Below, in pieces: positions 23,688 to 34,364 of a DNA stretch of 64,000 bases (positions are counted from its first letter, which is position 1; each line of letters starts with the position of its first letter). Below the pieces are notes generated by a model, which was not told the DNA's origin, ran no database searches, and saw nothing but the letters and a program-made list of their open reading frames with translations. The translations under genes and the position numbers were made by a program. Origin of the DNA: Actinomycetota bacterium (GTDB lineage: Bacteria; Actinomycetota; Actinomycetes; Nanopelagicales; Nanopelagicaceae); assembly GCA_947490845.1 (NCBI GenBank), contig CANLHI010000003.1:2774-66773 (forward strand). Direction: 5' to 3'.

Positions 23688-24622
23688 GCGATTTTGATTT
23701 TTCAACAACGCTCGGGAATGCTTTTTTCAATACCCCGATTTTTACCGCCAGCGGTTGTGCAAGTTCGGGTAAGGAGTTATCTCAGTTCTTTGCGCTAAAG
23801 GATATCGGTGCAGTAGTAACCAAGTCGGTTATGAATAAACCGCGTTATGGGCGTCCAACCCCACGCATGGCCGAGACGCCATCAGGTATGTTGAATTCAA
23901 TTGGCTTACAAGGTCCAGGAATCGAAGCCTTTCTTGCAAATGATATTCCTTGGTTAGTAGAACAGAATTCTAGAATCATTATTTCCATTGCTGGTGAGAC
24001 GATTGAAGAGTATGCAACGCTGGCTCGGAAAGTCAGGTCGGTTGGGGGAATAAGCGCTATCGAAGTCAATATTTCATGTCCCAATGTAGAAAATCGTGGG
24101 CTGGTTTTTGCTTGCGATCCAGATGCATCTCGTCGTGTCATAGATGGAGTGCGCAGAACTATTGGGGGAGAGCTGCCGATTATCGCAAAACTCTCTCCTG
24201 ATGTAACAAACCTGCCTGAGATCGCAAAAGGAGTAGTTGAATCTGGCGCCGATGCTCTTGCGTTGATAAATACTGTTCTAGGAATGGTTATCAATTTTGA
24301 CACTATGCGACCTCATCTTGGCGGCAAGACAGGTGGATTATCAGGTCCTGCAATAAGACCAGTGGCAGTCCGGGCTATCTATCAAGTTCATGCAGCGCTA
24401 CCGCAAGTTCCAATTCTCGGGATGGGTGGGGTTTCATCAGGACGTGATGCGCTGGAATTAATTCTGGCTGGGGCATCCGGTGTCAGTGTTGGAACCGCTA
24501 GTTTTGGCAATCCACATGCCGTAGTTGATATTCAAAATGAATTACGCGATCTGCTTATCGCAAAGGGCTTCCCGTCTCTCAAATCAGCAATAGGCTACGC
24601 GCATCGAGGAGCTGATCTATGA
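23684..24622 (+). CDS. pyrD: dihydroorotate dehydrogenase class 1B catalytic subunit
   Basis: NSIGLQGPG, catalytic Cys in NISCPN, GGLSGPAIRP. Confidence 0.95.
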   Translation: MSDFDFSTTLGNAFFNTPIFTASGCASSGKELSQFFALKDIGAVVTKSVMNKPRYGRPTPRMAETPSGMLNSIGLQGPGIEAFLANDIPWLVEQNSRIIISIAGETIEEYATLARKVRSVGGISAIEVNISCPNVENRGLVFACDPDASRRVIDGVRRTIGGELPIIAKLSPDVTNLPEIAKGVVESGADALALINTVLGMVINFDTMRPHLGGKTGGLSGPAIRPVAVRAIYQVHAALPQVPILGMGGVSSGRDALELILAGASGVSVGTASFGNPHAVVDIQNELRDLLIAKGFPSLKSAIGYAHRGADL

Positions 24623-25329
24623 AAGCGCCGATAATTTTGGCGGTAGATACATCCGATTTTGAAACTGCAATTGCTTGGATCCAAGCTACAAAAGATAGCG
24701 TTAGCGTTTATAAATTGGGACTTGAATTTTATTTGAACTTTGGAGCGCAGGGCGTAGCCAAGATAGTTGAACAAACCGGTGCGCAAATATTTTTAGACTT
24801 AAAGCTTCACGACATTCCGCATACAGTAGCCGGTGCCGCAAAAGCGATCGCCAAGCTAGAGCCTATGTTTCTAACGGTTCATGCCAGCGGGGGAGCGGCG
24901 ATGGTTAAGGCAGCAGCAGTGGCGGTGCCAGATGTCGCAGTTACTGCAGTCACGATTCTTACTTCAATCTCTGAAGGCGATCTCTTTGAAATAGGTTATG
25001 CAAGTCCTGCGCTAGAAAGCGCTGTTGCCCTTGCCAAACTTGCCATTGGCGCAGGTGCTAAGGCGATCGTGTGTTCACCGCTTGAAACAAAGGCGATTCG
25101 TAGCGCAATTGGAGAAGAACCAATCATCATTACACCTGGCGTTAGGCCTTTGACCGAAATGGGAGGTGACGATCAGGTGCGAACGATGACACCGGCGGAT
25201 GCGATTTCAGCAGGCGCGAATTACGTGGTAATTGGTCGCCCGATTACAAAGGCGTGGGCGGATGGGGCGAGTGCGATGACTGCTAAAGCTCGTTTAATCG
25301 CCGATGAGATTCTTTCGGCTATTGCGTAG
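24619..25329 (+). CDS. pyrF: orotidine-5'-phosphate decarboxylase
   Basis: FLDLKLHDIPHT, TPGVRP and VIGRPIT. Confidence 0.97.
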   Translation: MKAPIILAVDTSDFETAIAWIQATKDSVSVYKLGLEFYLNFGAQGVAKIVEQTGAQIFLDLKLHDIPHTVAGAAKAIAKLEPMFLTVHASGGAAMVKAAAVAVPDVAVTAVTILTSISEGDLFEIGYASPALESAVALAKLAIGAGAKAIVCSPLETKAIRSAIGEEPIIITPGVRPLTEMGGDDQVRTMTPADAISAGANYVVIGRPITKAWADGASAMTAKARLIADEILSAIA

Positions 25330-25338
25330 AGTTCCCCT

Positions 25339-26220
25339 GTGCCAACACCGCCAAAGTTAACTCCCGAACAACGCAGTGCAGCGTTGGCAAAGTCCACCGC
25401 GTCGCGACAGGTACGAGCTGCCACAAAAGCTCGAGTGAAAGCAGGGGAGTTAACGCTCTCGGCAATCTTTGAATTGGCGGTTAACGATGAAGCCGTAGCT
25501 AAGCTGCGCGTTGTTGAACTTCTCGAATCTTTCGCTGGAGTAGGTAAAGTTCGGGCGATCGCGACCCTAGATCGTCTCGGGATTTCTCAGACTCGTCGCG
25601 TGCAAGGTCTCGGTAGCGCCCAGCGAGCAAATCTATTGCGCGAATTTCCGGATCGCATATCAGCGACGCAACGTGGGAAGTTAATAGTTCTATCTGGCCC
25701 TGGCGGGGTAGGCAAGAGCACGGTGGCTAAGGCACTGCGAGAAACCCAATCTTTCTGGGTAAGTATTTCTGCCACTACACGAACTGCTCGCCATAATGAG
25801 AGCGACGGTGTTGATTATTATTTTTATTCTGATGAAGAATTTGATAGCGCTGTTAAATCTTCACTTTTCTTAGAATGGGCGGAATTCGCCGGATCTAGGT
25901 ATGGCACGCCACGCAAGCCGGTTGAAGATGCGCTGCGCGAGGGTAAAAATGTTTTACTTGAGATTGAAATAGCAGGTGCTCGTCAGGTTAAAGAGAGAGC
26001 ACCAGAGGCGGTCCTAGTATTTTTGCAGCCACCATCATGGGAAGAATTAGTCTCTCGTCTGGAAGGGCGGGGCACGGATTCCGAAGAAAGACGAGTCGCC
26101 AGATTGGCTCTTGCCCAAGAAGAATTAGCGCAATCAAGCTTTTTCGACTTAAACGTCATAAATGAGCGCGTAGAAGAGGTCGTAGAACGCCTGATAGGAT
26201 TAACCACTCATCAGCCTTGA
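25339..26220 (+). CDS. gmk: fusion of actinobacterial integration host factor (mIHF/sIHF) and guanylate kinase
   Basis: Residues ~1-103 are mIHF-like (PKLTPEQRSAALAK...LLESFAGVGKVRA...LGISQTRRVQGLG). Residues ~112-293 are Gmk (GPGGVGKST, SISATTR, FLEWAEF, YGTP). One uninterrupted ORF. Confidence 0.92.
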   Translation: MPTPPKLTPEQRSAALAKSTASRQVRAATKARVKAGELTLSAIFELAVNDEAVAKLRVVELLESFAGVGKVRAIATLDRLGISQTRRVQGLGSAQRANLLREFPDRISATQRGKLIVLSGPGGVGKSTVAKALRETQSFWVSISATTRTARHNESDGVDYYFYSDEEFDSAVKSSLFLEWAEFAGSRYGTPRKPVEDALREGKNVLLEIEIAGARQVKERAPEAVLVFLQPPSWEELVSRLEGRGTDSEERRVARLALAQEELAQSSFFDLNVINERVEEVVERLIGLTTHQP

Positions 26221-26255
26221 TTTAGCTTTATTTCGCACGTAAACAGGAGGACCAA

Positions 26256-26504
26256 ATGGACGGCATTACTAATCCACCAATCGATGAACTTCTCGATAAG
26301 AGCGGCTCTAAGTACAGCCTGGTTCTCTATGCTGCAAAGCGTGCGCGTCAGATTAACGCCTACTACTCACAACTCGGTGAAGGCCTTCTTGAGTATGTAG
26401 GTCCGCTAGTTGAGACCCACGTTCACGAGAAGCCACTTTCTATCGCACTTCGTGAAATCAACGAAGGTTTGTTAACTATCGAAAATCTCGAACCAACCGC
26501 TTAA
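26256..26504 (+). CDS. rpoZ: RNA polymerase omega subunit
   Basis: [28 protein letters not shown] and [10 protein letters not shown]. Confidence 0.97.
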   Translation: MDGITNPPIDELLDKSGSKYSLVLYAAKRARQINAYYSQLGEGLLEYVGPLVETHVHEKPLSIALREINEGLLTIENLEPTA

Positions 26505-26525
26505 GTATTAGCTCTCGTTAAGACC

Positions 26526-27722
26526 ATGGCACGTGTTCGAGAAGTAATTCTCGGGGTTGGCGGCGGAATCGCCGCATATAAATCATGCGAACTGTTGCGG
26601 CGTCTGCAAGATCGCGGATATGCAATCACAGTCGTTCCGACGCCTTCCAGTTTAAATTTTGTCGGCGCTGCCACCTGGGAGGCACTTTCAGGACGACCCG
26701 TAACAACTCAAGTCTGGGAACGCGTGGATGAGGTAAGACATATTTCATTAGCTGCATCGGCAGATGCTTTAATTATTGCTCCAGCAACTGCAGATTTAAT
26801 TGCACGAATTGCAGCCGGGCGCGCAGATGATCTGTTAACTAACTTGGTTCTTGCTGTTGATGTTCCGATTTTTGTTGTGCCAGCGATGCATCCACAGATG
26901 TGGCTTGATCCAGCAACGGTAGCTAACGTGGATATTCTGCGAAACCGGGGCTTTACGGTTATGGATCCGCAAGTGGGACGACTAACTGGAGATGATGTTG
27001 GTCCTGGACGATTCCCAGAGACTTCGGCGATCATTGAAAAGTTTGAAAATGTGATCTCTGCGAAGAAAGATTTATTGGGAGTACAGGTTTTAGTTACTGC
27101 TGGTGGAACCCGCGAGGTGATAGACCCTGTTAGATTTATTGGAAATCGATCTAGTGGGCGACAGGGTTCTGCTGTTGCACGCGCTGCGCGTGATCGCGGG
27201 GCACATGTGAAGATGATCTTGGCTAACTCGCAATTATCAACGCAGGAAGCGCAAGAGTTAAATGGCATCGAAGTTATATCGGTTGAAACAGCGACCGAGA
27301 TGCACGCGGCGCTGGAGAAAGAGTTCCCTACTGCCAACCTACTTGTGATGAGCGCTGCGGTTGCAGATGCCAGACCATTGCAGATCTCGGATGAGAAAAT
27401 TAAGAAAGGTCAATTAAAGGATATTCAATTGATCGAAAATCCAGATCTGCTGAAGTCAATAGCCAGTATGCGAGATAAGCAAATAATCATTGCATTCGCT
27501 GCAGAAACCAATAGCGATATAGGTGCTGCACAAGAGAAAATGAAGGCGAAGGGCGCTAACATTCTGTATCTAAACGATGTCTCTGGCGGGGCGATCTTCG
27601 GATCGGACTCAACAGAAGGATTTATTCTCACGAGCAATGGCGCTCATATCCCAATATCTCAGACCAGCAAAGACACGCTTGCCGAGCTGCTACTCGACCA
27701 AGCACTAATTCAGTTAGGTTAA
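26526..27722 (+). CDS. coaBC: phosphopantothenoylcysteine decarboxylase / phosphopantothenate--cysteine ligase
   Basis: [12 protein letters not shown] and [21 protein letters not shown]. Confidence 0.97.
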   Translation: MARVREVILGVGGGIAAYKSCELLRRLQDRGYAITVVPTPSSLNFVGAATWEALSGRPVTTQVWERVDEVRHISLAASADALIIAPATADLIARIAAGRADDLLTNLVLAVDVPIFVVPAMHPQMWLDPATVANVDILRNRGFTVMDPQVGRLTGDDVGPGRFPETSAIIEKFENVISAKKDLLGVQVLVTAGGTREVIDPVRFIGNRSSGRQGSAVARAARDRGAHVKMILANSQLSTQEAQELNGIEVISVETATEMHAALEKEFPTANLLVMSAAVADARPLQISDEKIKKGQLKDIQLIENPDLLKSIASMRDKQIIIAFAAETNSDIGAAQEKMKAKGANILYLNDVSGGAIFGSDSTEGFILTSNGAHIPISQTSKDTLAELLLDQALIQLG

Positions 27723-27726
27723 TCCA

Positions 27727-28917
27727 ATGTCAAAGCGTCTTTTCACATCAGAATCAGTAACTGAAGGTCATCCAGATAAGATCGCCGATCAAATTTCAGA
27801 TGCAATTCTGGATTCACTTCTATCTCAGGATCCTTCAAGTCGTGTTGCAGTGGAAACCCTGATCACTACCGGACAAGTGCACGTTGCGGGTGAAGTGACA
27901 ACTAACGGCTATGCCGATGTCATGGGAATTGTGCGCGATACAGTTATTGGAATTGGGTATGACTCATCCGTAAAAGGCTTTGACGGAAATAGTTGCGGAG
28001 TTTCGATTTCTATCGGACAACAATCCCAAGATATTGCCCAGGGCGTGGATGATGCCTATGAAAACCGCGTCGCCTCATCGGTAGATCCACTTGATCTACA
28101 AGGCGCTGGCGATCAAGGTTTGATGTTTGGTTATGCCTGTGATGACACCAAGGAGTTAATGCCGCTTCCAATTTGGCTGGCACATGAATTGGCGCAGCAA
28201 CTTTCCAAAGTGCGCAAGTCTGGAGCCCTGCCTTACTTGCGTCCAGATGGTAAAACTCAAGTGACGATCGAATATGACGGTGACCGCGCAGTTGCCCTCG
28301 ATACAGTGGTAATTTCTAGTCAGCACGCTGAAGAAGTAGATGTGGCGAAGAAATTAACGCCAGAGATTATTGAATATGTAATTGAGCCAATCCTGTCCAA
28401 GATTGATCTTCCCCGAAAAGACATGCGCACGTTGATAAACCCAACTGGTCGTTTCGTAATTGGTGGACCAATGGGCGACGCCGGTCTAACGGGGCGCAAG
28501 ATCATCGTTGACTCCTACGGTGGCATGGCACGCCATGGTGGTGGTGCTTTCTCTGGTAAGGATCCTTCAAAGGTTGATCGTTCAGCAGCTTATGCAATGC
28601 GCTGGGTTGCCAAGAATGTAGTTGCGGCCGGTCTTGCTCGTCGTTGTGAAGTGCAGGTTGCATATGCAATCGGCAAAGCCCAGCCAGTTGGTGTTTTCGT
28701 AGAAACTTTTGGAACCGAGACAGTTGCAGTGCAGAAGATTCAAGATGCAGTCACCAACGTCTTCGATCTTAGACCAGCTGCGATCATCCGTGATCTGAAT
28801 TTGTTGCGACCAATATATTCACAGACAGCTGCATACGGGCACTTCGGGCGCGAGCTTCCTAATTTCACATGGGAGACAACTTCACGCGTAGAAGCACTTC
28901 GCGCGGCTGTTAATTAA
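27727..28917 (+). CDS. metK: S-adenosylmethionine synthetase
   Basis: [19 protein letters not shown] and GGGAFSGKD. Confidence 0.99.
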   Translation: MSKRLFTSESVTEGHPDKIADQISDAILDSLLSQDPSSRVAVETLITTGQVHVAGEVTTNGYADVMGIVRDTVIGIGYDSSVKGFDGNSCGVSISIGQQSQDIAQGVDDAYENRVASSVDPLDLQGAGDQGLMFGYACDDTKELMPLPIWLAHELAQQLSKVRKSGALPYLRPDGKTQVTIEYDGDRAVALDTVVISSQHAEEVDVAKKLTPEIIEYVIEPILSKIDLPRKDMRTLINPTGRFVIGGPMGDAGLTGRKIIVDSYGGMARHGGGAFSGKDPSKVDRSAAYAMRWVAKNVVAAGLARRCEVQVAYAIGKAQPVGVFVETFGTETVAVQKIQDAVTNVFDLRPAAIIRDLNLLRPIYSQTAAYGHFGRELPNFTWETTSRVEALRAAVN

Positions 28918-28932
28918 TAGGGGGAGTGTGCC

Positions 28933-30813
28933 GTGTCAACTGCGCGGCCGCTGCGCTTAAAGACTGAAGAAGTAGCTCGTCCCGATAAAACGATTGCAGA
29001 GTCACTGCCGGTTGCTCGTCTTTGGGTGGATAACTCCCTCTCTCATTTAGATGGGACATATGACTATTTAGTTCCGCAACGTCTAGATAGCGAAGTTCGC
29101 CCGGGTATAAGAGTCGGTGTCAATTTTGCCGGACGTGAAGTGGAAGGTCTTGTTCTAGAACGTTTGGATGCAACTTCCTTTGCTGGACTTAAAATGATTT
29201 CAGGTGTCTTATCACCGGTTGTAGTTGCGCCAGCGCAATTGATATCACTGATAGAAATCGCAGCGCAAAGATGGCTGGCTCATCCCTACGATATCGTCAG
29301 AAGTGCTATTCCACCGCGTGTTGCCAGCGTTGATAAAAGCGCGCAAGAGTCGCAAATAATCACGACGGGAAAAGTTAGATCATCTGGGGAGATGTCCTAT
29401 ATCCACATACAGCCGAGTGAGAACGCGATGGCCAAGATCGCCGAATTCGCTCAAGCTAAAGTAAAAGCAGGCTCGGTTTTGCTAATTGTTCCTGAAGAGC
29501 GCGAACTAGTAAGACTAAGTGATCTACTGGGGGAGCACGCGACCGTACTTTCTGCCTCGTTATCTAGAACAGATCGATATCGAAACTATCTAACCGCGAT
29601 TGGCGGCCGAAATAGATTGGTAATTGGAACCCGCAGCGCTATTTTCGCAGCCCCCAGTGATCTCAGGACGTTAATCATTTTTCGTGAGATAGCTGAATCA
29701 CTTTATGAGCCAAGGGTTCCGGGATGGAATGTGCGTGACTTGTCGTTATTAAGATGCGCCAACGAAGGATTAGACCTCTATTTCGCGGGCTATTCGCCAT
29801 CTAGTGAAATAGGAAAACTTATTGATGAGAAGAAGGTCAAATTTGTCTCCAAGCGCAATCGTTTAAAGGTAGTAAATCATCCGTCTGCAAACGGTGAACT
29901 GCTACCCGGGCGAATCTTTACCTCGATAAGAACCGCCATAAAAACTGGTCCAGTGCTTTTTTTGGTTCCGCGCAAAGGTTATGCAAGTTCGCTGATGTGT
30001 AAGAAATGTCGCAATATCGCACTCTGTGAATGCGGAGGTAAATTATCGAAATTCGGTGCTAACCAAAGCGCTAATTGTGTGCATTGTGGAGTCAAAGCCA
30101 ATCTGCAGAAATGTAAATGGTGCGGCGCCGATTCCATGGTTCTCCTAGGCCGTGGAGCCGAGCGGCATGCAGAAGAAATCGGACGCGCCTTTCCGGGCTA
30201 TCCAGTTCTTTATTCAAATGCTCAAAAGCCAATTGAATCGCAAGACGGTCAGCCCGCCTTAGTTATTTCAACGACGGGAATGGTCCCACGAGTAGTAAAC
30301 GGATATAGCGCGGTTATTTTGCTTGAAGGAGATTCGTTCTTCTCTTTCGCAGATCTAAGGGCGCAAGAGCGTGCACGCGAATCATTCTTTGAAGCCGCCT
30401 CTCACGTATCTGTAAAGGGCGAGATTGTTACCGTTATCGACTCTGCGCATCCGATTACTGCTGCGTTAACGCAATGGAGTCCGGCAACAATGGCTGGACG
30501 CGAATTAAGCGATCGCAGGGAAGTGGCACTGCCTCCATACACCCGAGCAGTTTTGTTAGAGACCGAGAGTAAGGATGCAACCGGAATCATCGCAGGCATA
30601 CGTAAAGCGGTATTGGATCAAAGATTGCCAAGTTCAGTAAGTGCACTTGGTCCATCACAAAGCTCAGGAGATCTGTCAAGGATTTTGCTCACTTGCGATA
30701 TCTCACAAAGTGATGCATTTCTTAATTTCCTCCATGAGTTTATTCGTCATCGTGCGGTTACCAAGAAGAGCAAGATCTCTTTACGAGTAGATCCTTACTC
30801 GCTTTCATCTTAA
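28933..30813 (+). CDS. priA: primosomal protein N' (PriA), actinobacterial short form with degenerate helicase motifs
   Basis: N-terminal 3'-binding domain (YDYLVP), VIGTRSAIFAP, Cys-rich region, C-terminal RVDP. No Walker A or DEEH visible. Confidence 0.9.
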   Translation: MSTARPLRLKTEEVARPDKTIAESLPVARLWVDNSLSHLDGTYDYLVPQRLDSEVRPGIRVGVNFAGREVEGLVLERLDATSFAGLKMISGVLSPVVVAPAQLISLIEIAAQRWLAHPYDIVRSAIPPRVASVDKSAQESQIITTGKVRSSGEMSYIHIQPSENAMAKIAEFAQAKVKAGSVLLIVPEERELVRLSDLLGEHATVLSASLSRTDRYRNYLTAIGGRNRLVIGTRSAIFAAPSDLRTLIIFREIAESLYEPRVPGWNVRDLSLLRCANEGLDLYFAGYSPSSEIGKLIDEKKVKFVSKRNRLKVVNHPSANGELLPGRIFTSIRTAIKTGPVLFLVPRKGYASSLMCKKCRNIALCECGGKLSKFGANQSANCVHCGVKANLQKCKWCGADSMVLLGRGAERHAEEIGRAFPGYPVLYSNAQKPIESQDGQPALVISTTGMVPRVVNGYSAVILLEGDSFFSFADLRAQERARESFFEAASHVSVKGEIVTVIDSAHPITAALTQWSPATMAGRELSDRREVALPPYTRAVLLETESKDATGIIAGIRKAVLDQRLPSSVSALGPSQSSGDLSRILLTCDISQSDAFLNFLHEFIRHRAVTKKSKISLRVDPYSLSS

Positions 30814-30839
30814 GTATCCCTCTAGGCTAGACTTGGTAC

Positions 30840-31400
30840 ATGTCTATCCAACCAATTCGCCTCTTTGGGGATCCCGTCTTGGTTACACCTGCCTCGCAAG
30901 TCATTGATTTTGATAAAGAGCTGAGAACTCTTGTCGCCGACCTAACAGAGACGATGTTGCAAGCACCAGGTGTCGGACTTGCCGCTCCGCAAATAGGTGT
31001 TGGACTTCGGGTCTTCGTCTGGGATGTTGATGAGGCGCTGGGCCATTTGATTAACCCGACTCTCGATCTCAGCGATGAGCTCCAAGAAGGAGAGGAGGGT
31101 TGTCTTTCATTTCCTGCCCTAAGTTATGAAACACCGCGCGCATTTCGCGCTGTTGCCAAGGGTTTTAATATGTTTGGTGAGCCTATTACCGTTGAAGGAA
31201 CAGAGCTACTTGCCAGATGTTTACAACATGAGAGTGATCATCTAGATGGCATCGTATTTATAGATCGTCTTTCAGCCGAAGATCGTAAGTTGGCCATGAA
31301 AGAGATCCGCGAGTCTGATTGGTTCTCGAATGCACAAGCATCAGGCTTGAGCCCCAGCATTAAGACCTCGCCCCATAACCTTTTTGGTAAAGGTCTTTAG
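30840..31400 (+). CDS. def: peptide deformylase
   Basis: GVGLAAPQIG, EGCLS and QHESDHLDG. Confidence 0.98.
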   Translation: MSIQPIRLFGDPVLVTPASQVIDFDKELRTLVADLTETMLQAPGVGLAAPQIGVGLRVFVWDVDEALGHLINPTLDLSDELQEGEEGCLSFPALSYETPRAFRAVAKGFNMFGEPITVEGTELLARCLQHESDHLDGIVFIDRLSAEDRKLAMKEIRESDWFSNAQASGLSPSIKTSPHNLFGKGL

Positions 31401-32317
31401 TGCGTATTTGCATAGCGGCAACGCCTAGTGTTGCAGTTCCCACGCTAGAAGCTCTTTTGGCAAGTGAGCACCAAATCATTTCAGTAATTACGCGGCCAGA
31501 TGCACCTGCGGGCAGAGGTAGATCTTTGAAATCCAGTGCGGTTTCGGATTGGGCAGCATCGAATAGCGTTCAATGCCACAAACCCACATCCGTCGATGAA
31601 ATTTCTTTATTGGTTGCCCATTGTGATCTGGTTATCACAATTGGCTTCGGAGTGCTCTTACCAAAGGCAGTACTGAATATTCCCAAGCACGGTTTTATCA
31701 ATTTACATTTCTCACTTCTTCCACGTTGGCGCGGTGCTGCGCCAGTGCAGAGAGCGCTGGAAGCGGGGGATACCACCACCGGGGTCACAGTTTTCAAGTT
31801 GGATGCTGGAATGGATACCGGCCCGATTTACACAACTTCAACTATTGATATTAATCCGACTATAAATACGCAAGAACTAATAGCAGAGCTATCTTCGTTA
31901 GGTGTTAATGCAGTTCTAGAAGCTATTTCACTTATCGAAAAAGGAGTTGTCCCTCAGGATCAGCCAGGTGAGGGCGCAACTCGCGCAAGTAAATTGTCCA
32001 GTGAGGAAGCCCAGATTGACTGGGGCCAAGACTCTTTGGCGATAGTAAATAAGATTCGCGCTTTCTATCCTAACCCCGGTGCCTGGAGTAATTTCCGCAC
32101 GGCGAAGATAAAAATTGAAGCTGCAAAAGTAAGCGAACTGGTTTTAAAACCGGGTGAAGTAGCACTGCAAGGAAGATCAGTGTTAGTTGGAACTGGCAAT
32201 GGCGCTATCGAATTGGTGACTGTAAAAGTAGCCGGTAAGAGCGCTATGTCTGCCCAAGATTGGGCAAATGGCCAACATCTACTGACCGATGAAAAATTTG
32301 AGTTCTTCCATGGTTGA
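31400..32317 (+). CDS. fmt: methionyl-tRNA formyltransferase
   Basis: INLHFSLLPRWRGAAP and MDTG. Confidence 0.96.
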   Translation: MRICIAATPSVAVPTLEALLASEHQIISVITRPDAPAGRGRSLKSSAVSDWAASNSVQCHKPTSVDEISLLVAHCDLVITIGFGVLLPKAVLNIPKHGFINLHFSLLPRWRGAAPVQRALEAGDTTTGVTVFKLDAGMDTGPIYTTSTIDINPTINTQELIAELSSLGVNAVLEAISLIEKGVVPQDQPGEGATRASKLSSEEAQIDWGQDSLAIVNKIRAFYPNPGAWSNFRTAKIKIEAAKVSELVLKPGEVALQGRSVLVGTGNGAIELVTVKVAGKSAMSAQDWANGQHLLTDEKFEFFHG

Positions 32318-33677
32318 GGCCAGACGTAATACCTTTAAATCACCCAAGCCTGATCGTGTGCGCTTATTGGTTTACGATATTTTGCAAGAAGTTAACCGTT
32401 CAGATGGGTATTCCAATTTATTGCTTCCTCAAGCCTTAGCCGATGCTGATTTTGAACAGCGCGATAAAGGCTTCGCAACTGAACTTCTATATGGAACTCT
32501 TCGCATGCAGGGACGTCATGATTACATCGCCGCGCAGGTCTCTGATCGCAATTGGAATGAAGTCGATGCTGGAATCGTCGATGTCGTGCGCTTGGGAGCC
32601 CATCAACTCTTTGAGATGCGGGTTCCGTCACATGCTGCTGTATCTGCAACTGTCGAACTAGCTCGTAAGGTAATTGGCGAATCGAAAGCCTCATTCGTAA
32701 ATGCTCTGCTTCGCAGGATGAGTGCACAGACTTTGGACCAATGGCTCCAACCAGTAAATGAGATCAAGGATCCAGTTACTCGTTTAGCAATTATGTATTC
32801 CCATCCAGAATGGATTGTTTCGGCTTATTACGATTTGCTTCGCGATTACGCTGAAGTAGAGAAACTTCTCTCCGCCAATAATTTGCCGGCAAGCCCAACT
32901 CTAGTTTGGTGGCCAGGACGCTCAACGCAAGAGGAATTTATTTCACTAGGTGCATCGGCTACGGCGTATTCGCCTTATGGATTAAAATATGAAGGAACGC
33001 CAGCATCCCTTGAAGCAATTCGTCATCGAAGAGCGGGAGTGCAGGATGAAGGGTCCCAACTAGTTGCGTCAATATTCGCATCCGTTGTTGCAGAGCAAAG
33101 TTCATGGCTTGACTTATGTGCAGGACCAGGCGGTAAGGCTGCGTTATTGGCATCCGTTGCAAAAGTGAATGGCAAAGAATTCACAGCCAATGAGATTTCT
33201 AAACCGCGATCTGAGTTAGTTAAGCAAGTTATTGGAAGTGCGCGCCTTTGGGTGGGCGATGGTCGTGAAATCGCATCCCACAATGAGAAATTTGATGCGA
33301 TTCTGGCAGATGTACCTTGCACTGGACTTGGCGCGCTGCGTCGCCGTCCGGAGGTTAGATGGCGACGACAAGTCAGTGACCTTAGGGCTCTTACTCAATT
33401 GCAGCGCGAGCTAAGTGATGCCGCAATTTCTATTCTAAACGTTGGGGGCTACTTTGCTTATGCAACTTGCTCGCCACATCTGGCCGAAACTAGTATTCAA
33501 GTCAAAGATATTTTAAACAACCATCCAGAATTGGAAATGATTGATTTGACTCAATATCTACCACTAGAACTACATGGGGCAATACGCGATGGCGCTCTCT
33601 CGCTCTGGACGCATCGCCATGAGACCGATGCCATGTTTATGGCCATCTTCCGCAAGAAAGATGCGCCTAGCCTTTAG
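32310..33677 (+). CDS. rsmB: 16S rRNA m5C967 methyltransferase RsmB/Sun
   Basis: NusB-like N-domain, VQDEGSQ, DLCAGPGGK, DVPCTG and YATCS. Confidence 0.93.
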   Translation: MVEARRNTFKSPKPDRVRLLVYDILQEVNRSDGYSNLLLPQALADADFEQRDKGFATELLYGTLRMQGRHDYIAAQVSDRNWNEVDAGIVDVVRLGAHQLFEMRVPSHAAVSATVELARKVIGESKASFVNALLRRMSAQTLDQWLQPVNEIKDPVTRLAIMYSHPEWIVSAYYDLLRDYAEVEKLLSANNLPASPTLVWWPGRSTQEEFISLGASATAYSPYGLKYEGTPASLEAIRHRRAGVQDEGSQLVASIFASVVAEQSSWLDLCAGPGGKAALLASVAKVNGKEFTANEISKPRSELVKQVIGSARLWVGDGREIASHNEKFDAILADVPCTGLGALRRRPEVRWRRQVSDLRALTQLQRELSDAAISILNVGGYFAYATCSPHLAETSIQVKDILNNHPELEMIDLTQYLPLELHGAIRDGALSLWTHRHETDAMFMAIFRKKDAPSL

Positions 33678-33686
33678 GCTTAGGAA

Positions 33687-34352
33687 GTGATGAAATTGCA
33701 AGAAATCCGAATATCACCGAGTGTATTAAATGCTGATCGCGATAATTTGCAGCATGAGATTTCCAGAATCGCATCAGTTTCGGATTTAATTCATTTAGAT
33801 ATTATGGACGATAAATTTGTTCCGAATTTCTCATGGGATTTTCAAGCGGCGCAATCGATTATCAAAGGTTGTCCGATTCCGGTGGATGCACATTTGATGA
33901 TTGAAGATGTTGACTATCTGGCCCTTGACTACGCAGCCATTGGCACCGCAAGTGTGACGATCCATGCTGAGGCATCGAAATCCCCTCGCGCTACCCTCAA
34001 AAATATTCGCAGCGCAGGTTCCAGAGCGGGTTTAGCTTTAAAACCAGGTACAGCGTTAACAGATTATGAAGATTTATTGGATGTTGTAGATATGTTCTTG
34101 ATAATGACTGTCGAGCCAGGATTCGGAGGTCAATCTTTCATGGGGGATATGATGGACAAAGTTCGGCAAACTCGTAAACTTATTGGAGATCGACCTATCT
34201 GGTTGCAGGTAGATGGTGGTATTTCACTCGATACCATCGCTATTGCTCGTGAAGCTGGGGCGGATACCTTCGTCGCAGGCTCCGCTGTTTTTAATTCGCC
34301 TGATCCGGCCGAGATGGTGAAAATTCTCCGTCAGCGTGCTGCCAGTATCTAG
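33687..34352 (+). CDS. rpe: ribulose-phosphate 3-epimerase
   Basis: HLDIMD..FVPN, DAHLMI, MTVEPGFGGQ and VDGG. Confidence 0.97.
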   Translation: MMKLQEIRISPSVLNADRDNLQHEISRIASVSDLIHLDIMDDKFVPNFSWDFQAAQSIIKGCPIPVDAHLMIEDVDYLALDYAAIGTASVTIHAEASKSPRATLKNIRSAGSRAGLALKPGTALTDYEDLLDVVDMFLIMTVEPGFGGQSFMGDMMDKVRQTRKLIGDRPIWLQVDGGISLDTIAIAREAGADTFVAGSAVFNSPDPAEMVKILRQRAASI

Positions 34353-34364
34353 TAAAGTATGTCT

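Noticed and set aside
16050-27337. Long antisense ORFs such as 16050-16706, 23845-24303 and 26708-27337
   Set aside because: They lie opposite conserved housekeeping genes, are Ser/Arg/Pro/Ala-rich without domains, and are expected from codon bias.
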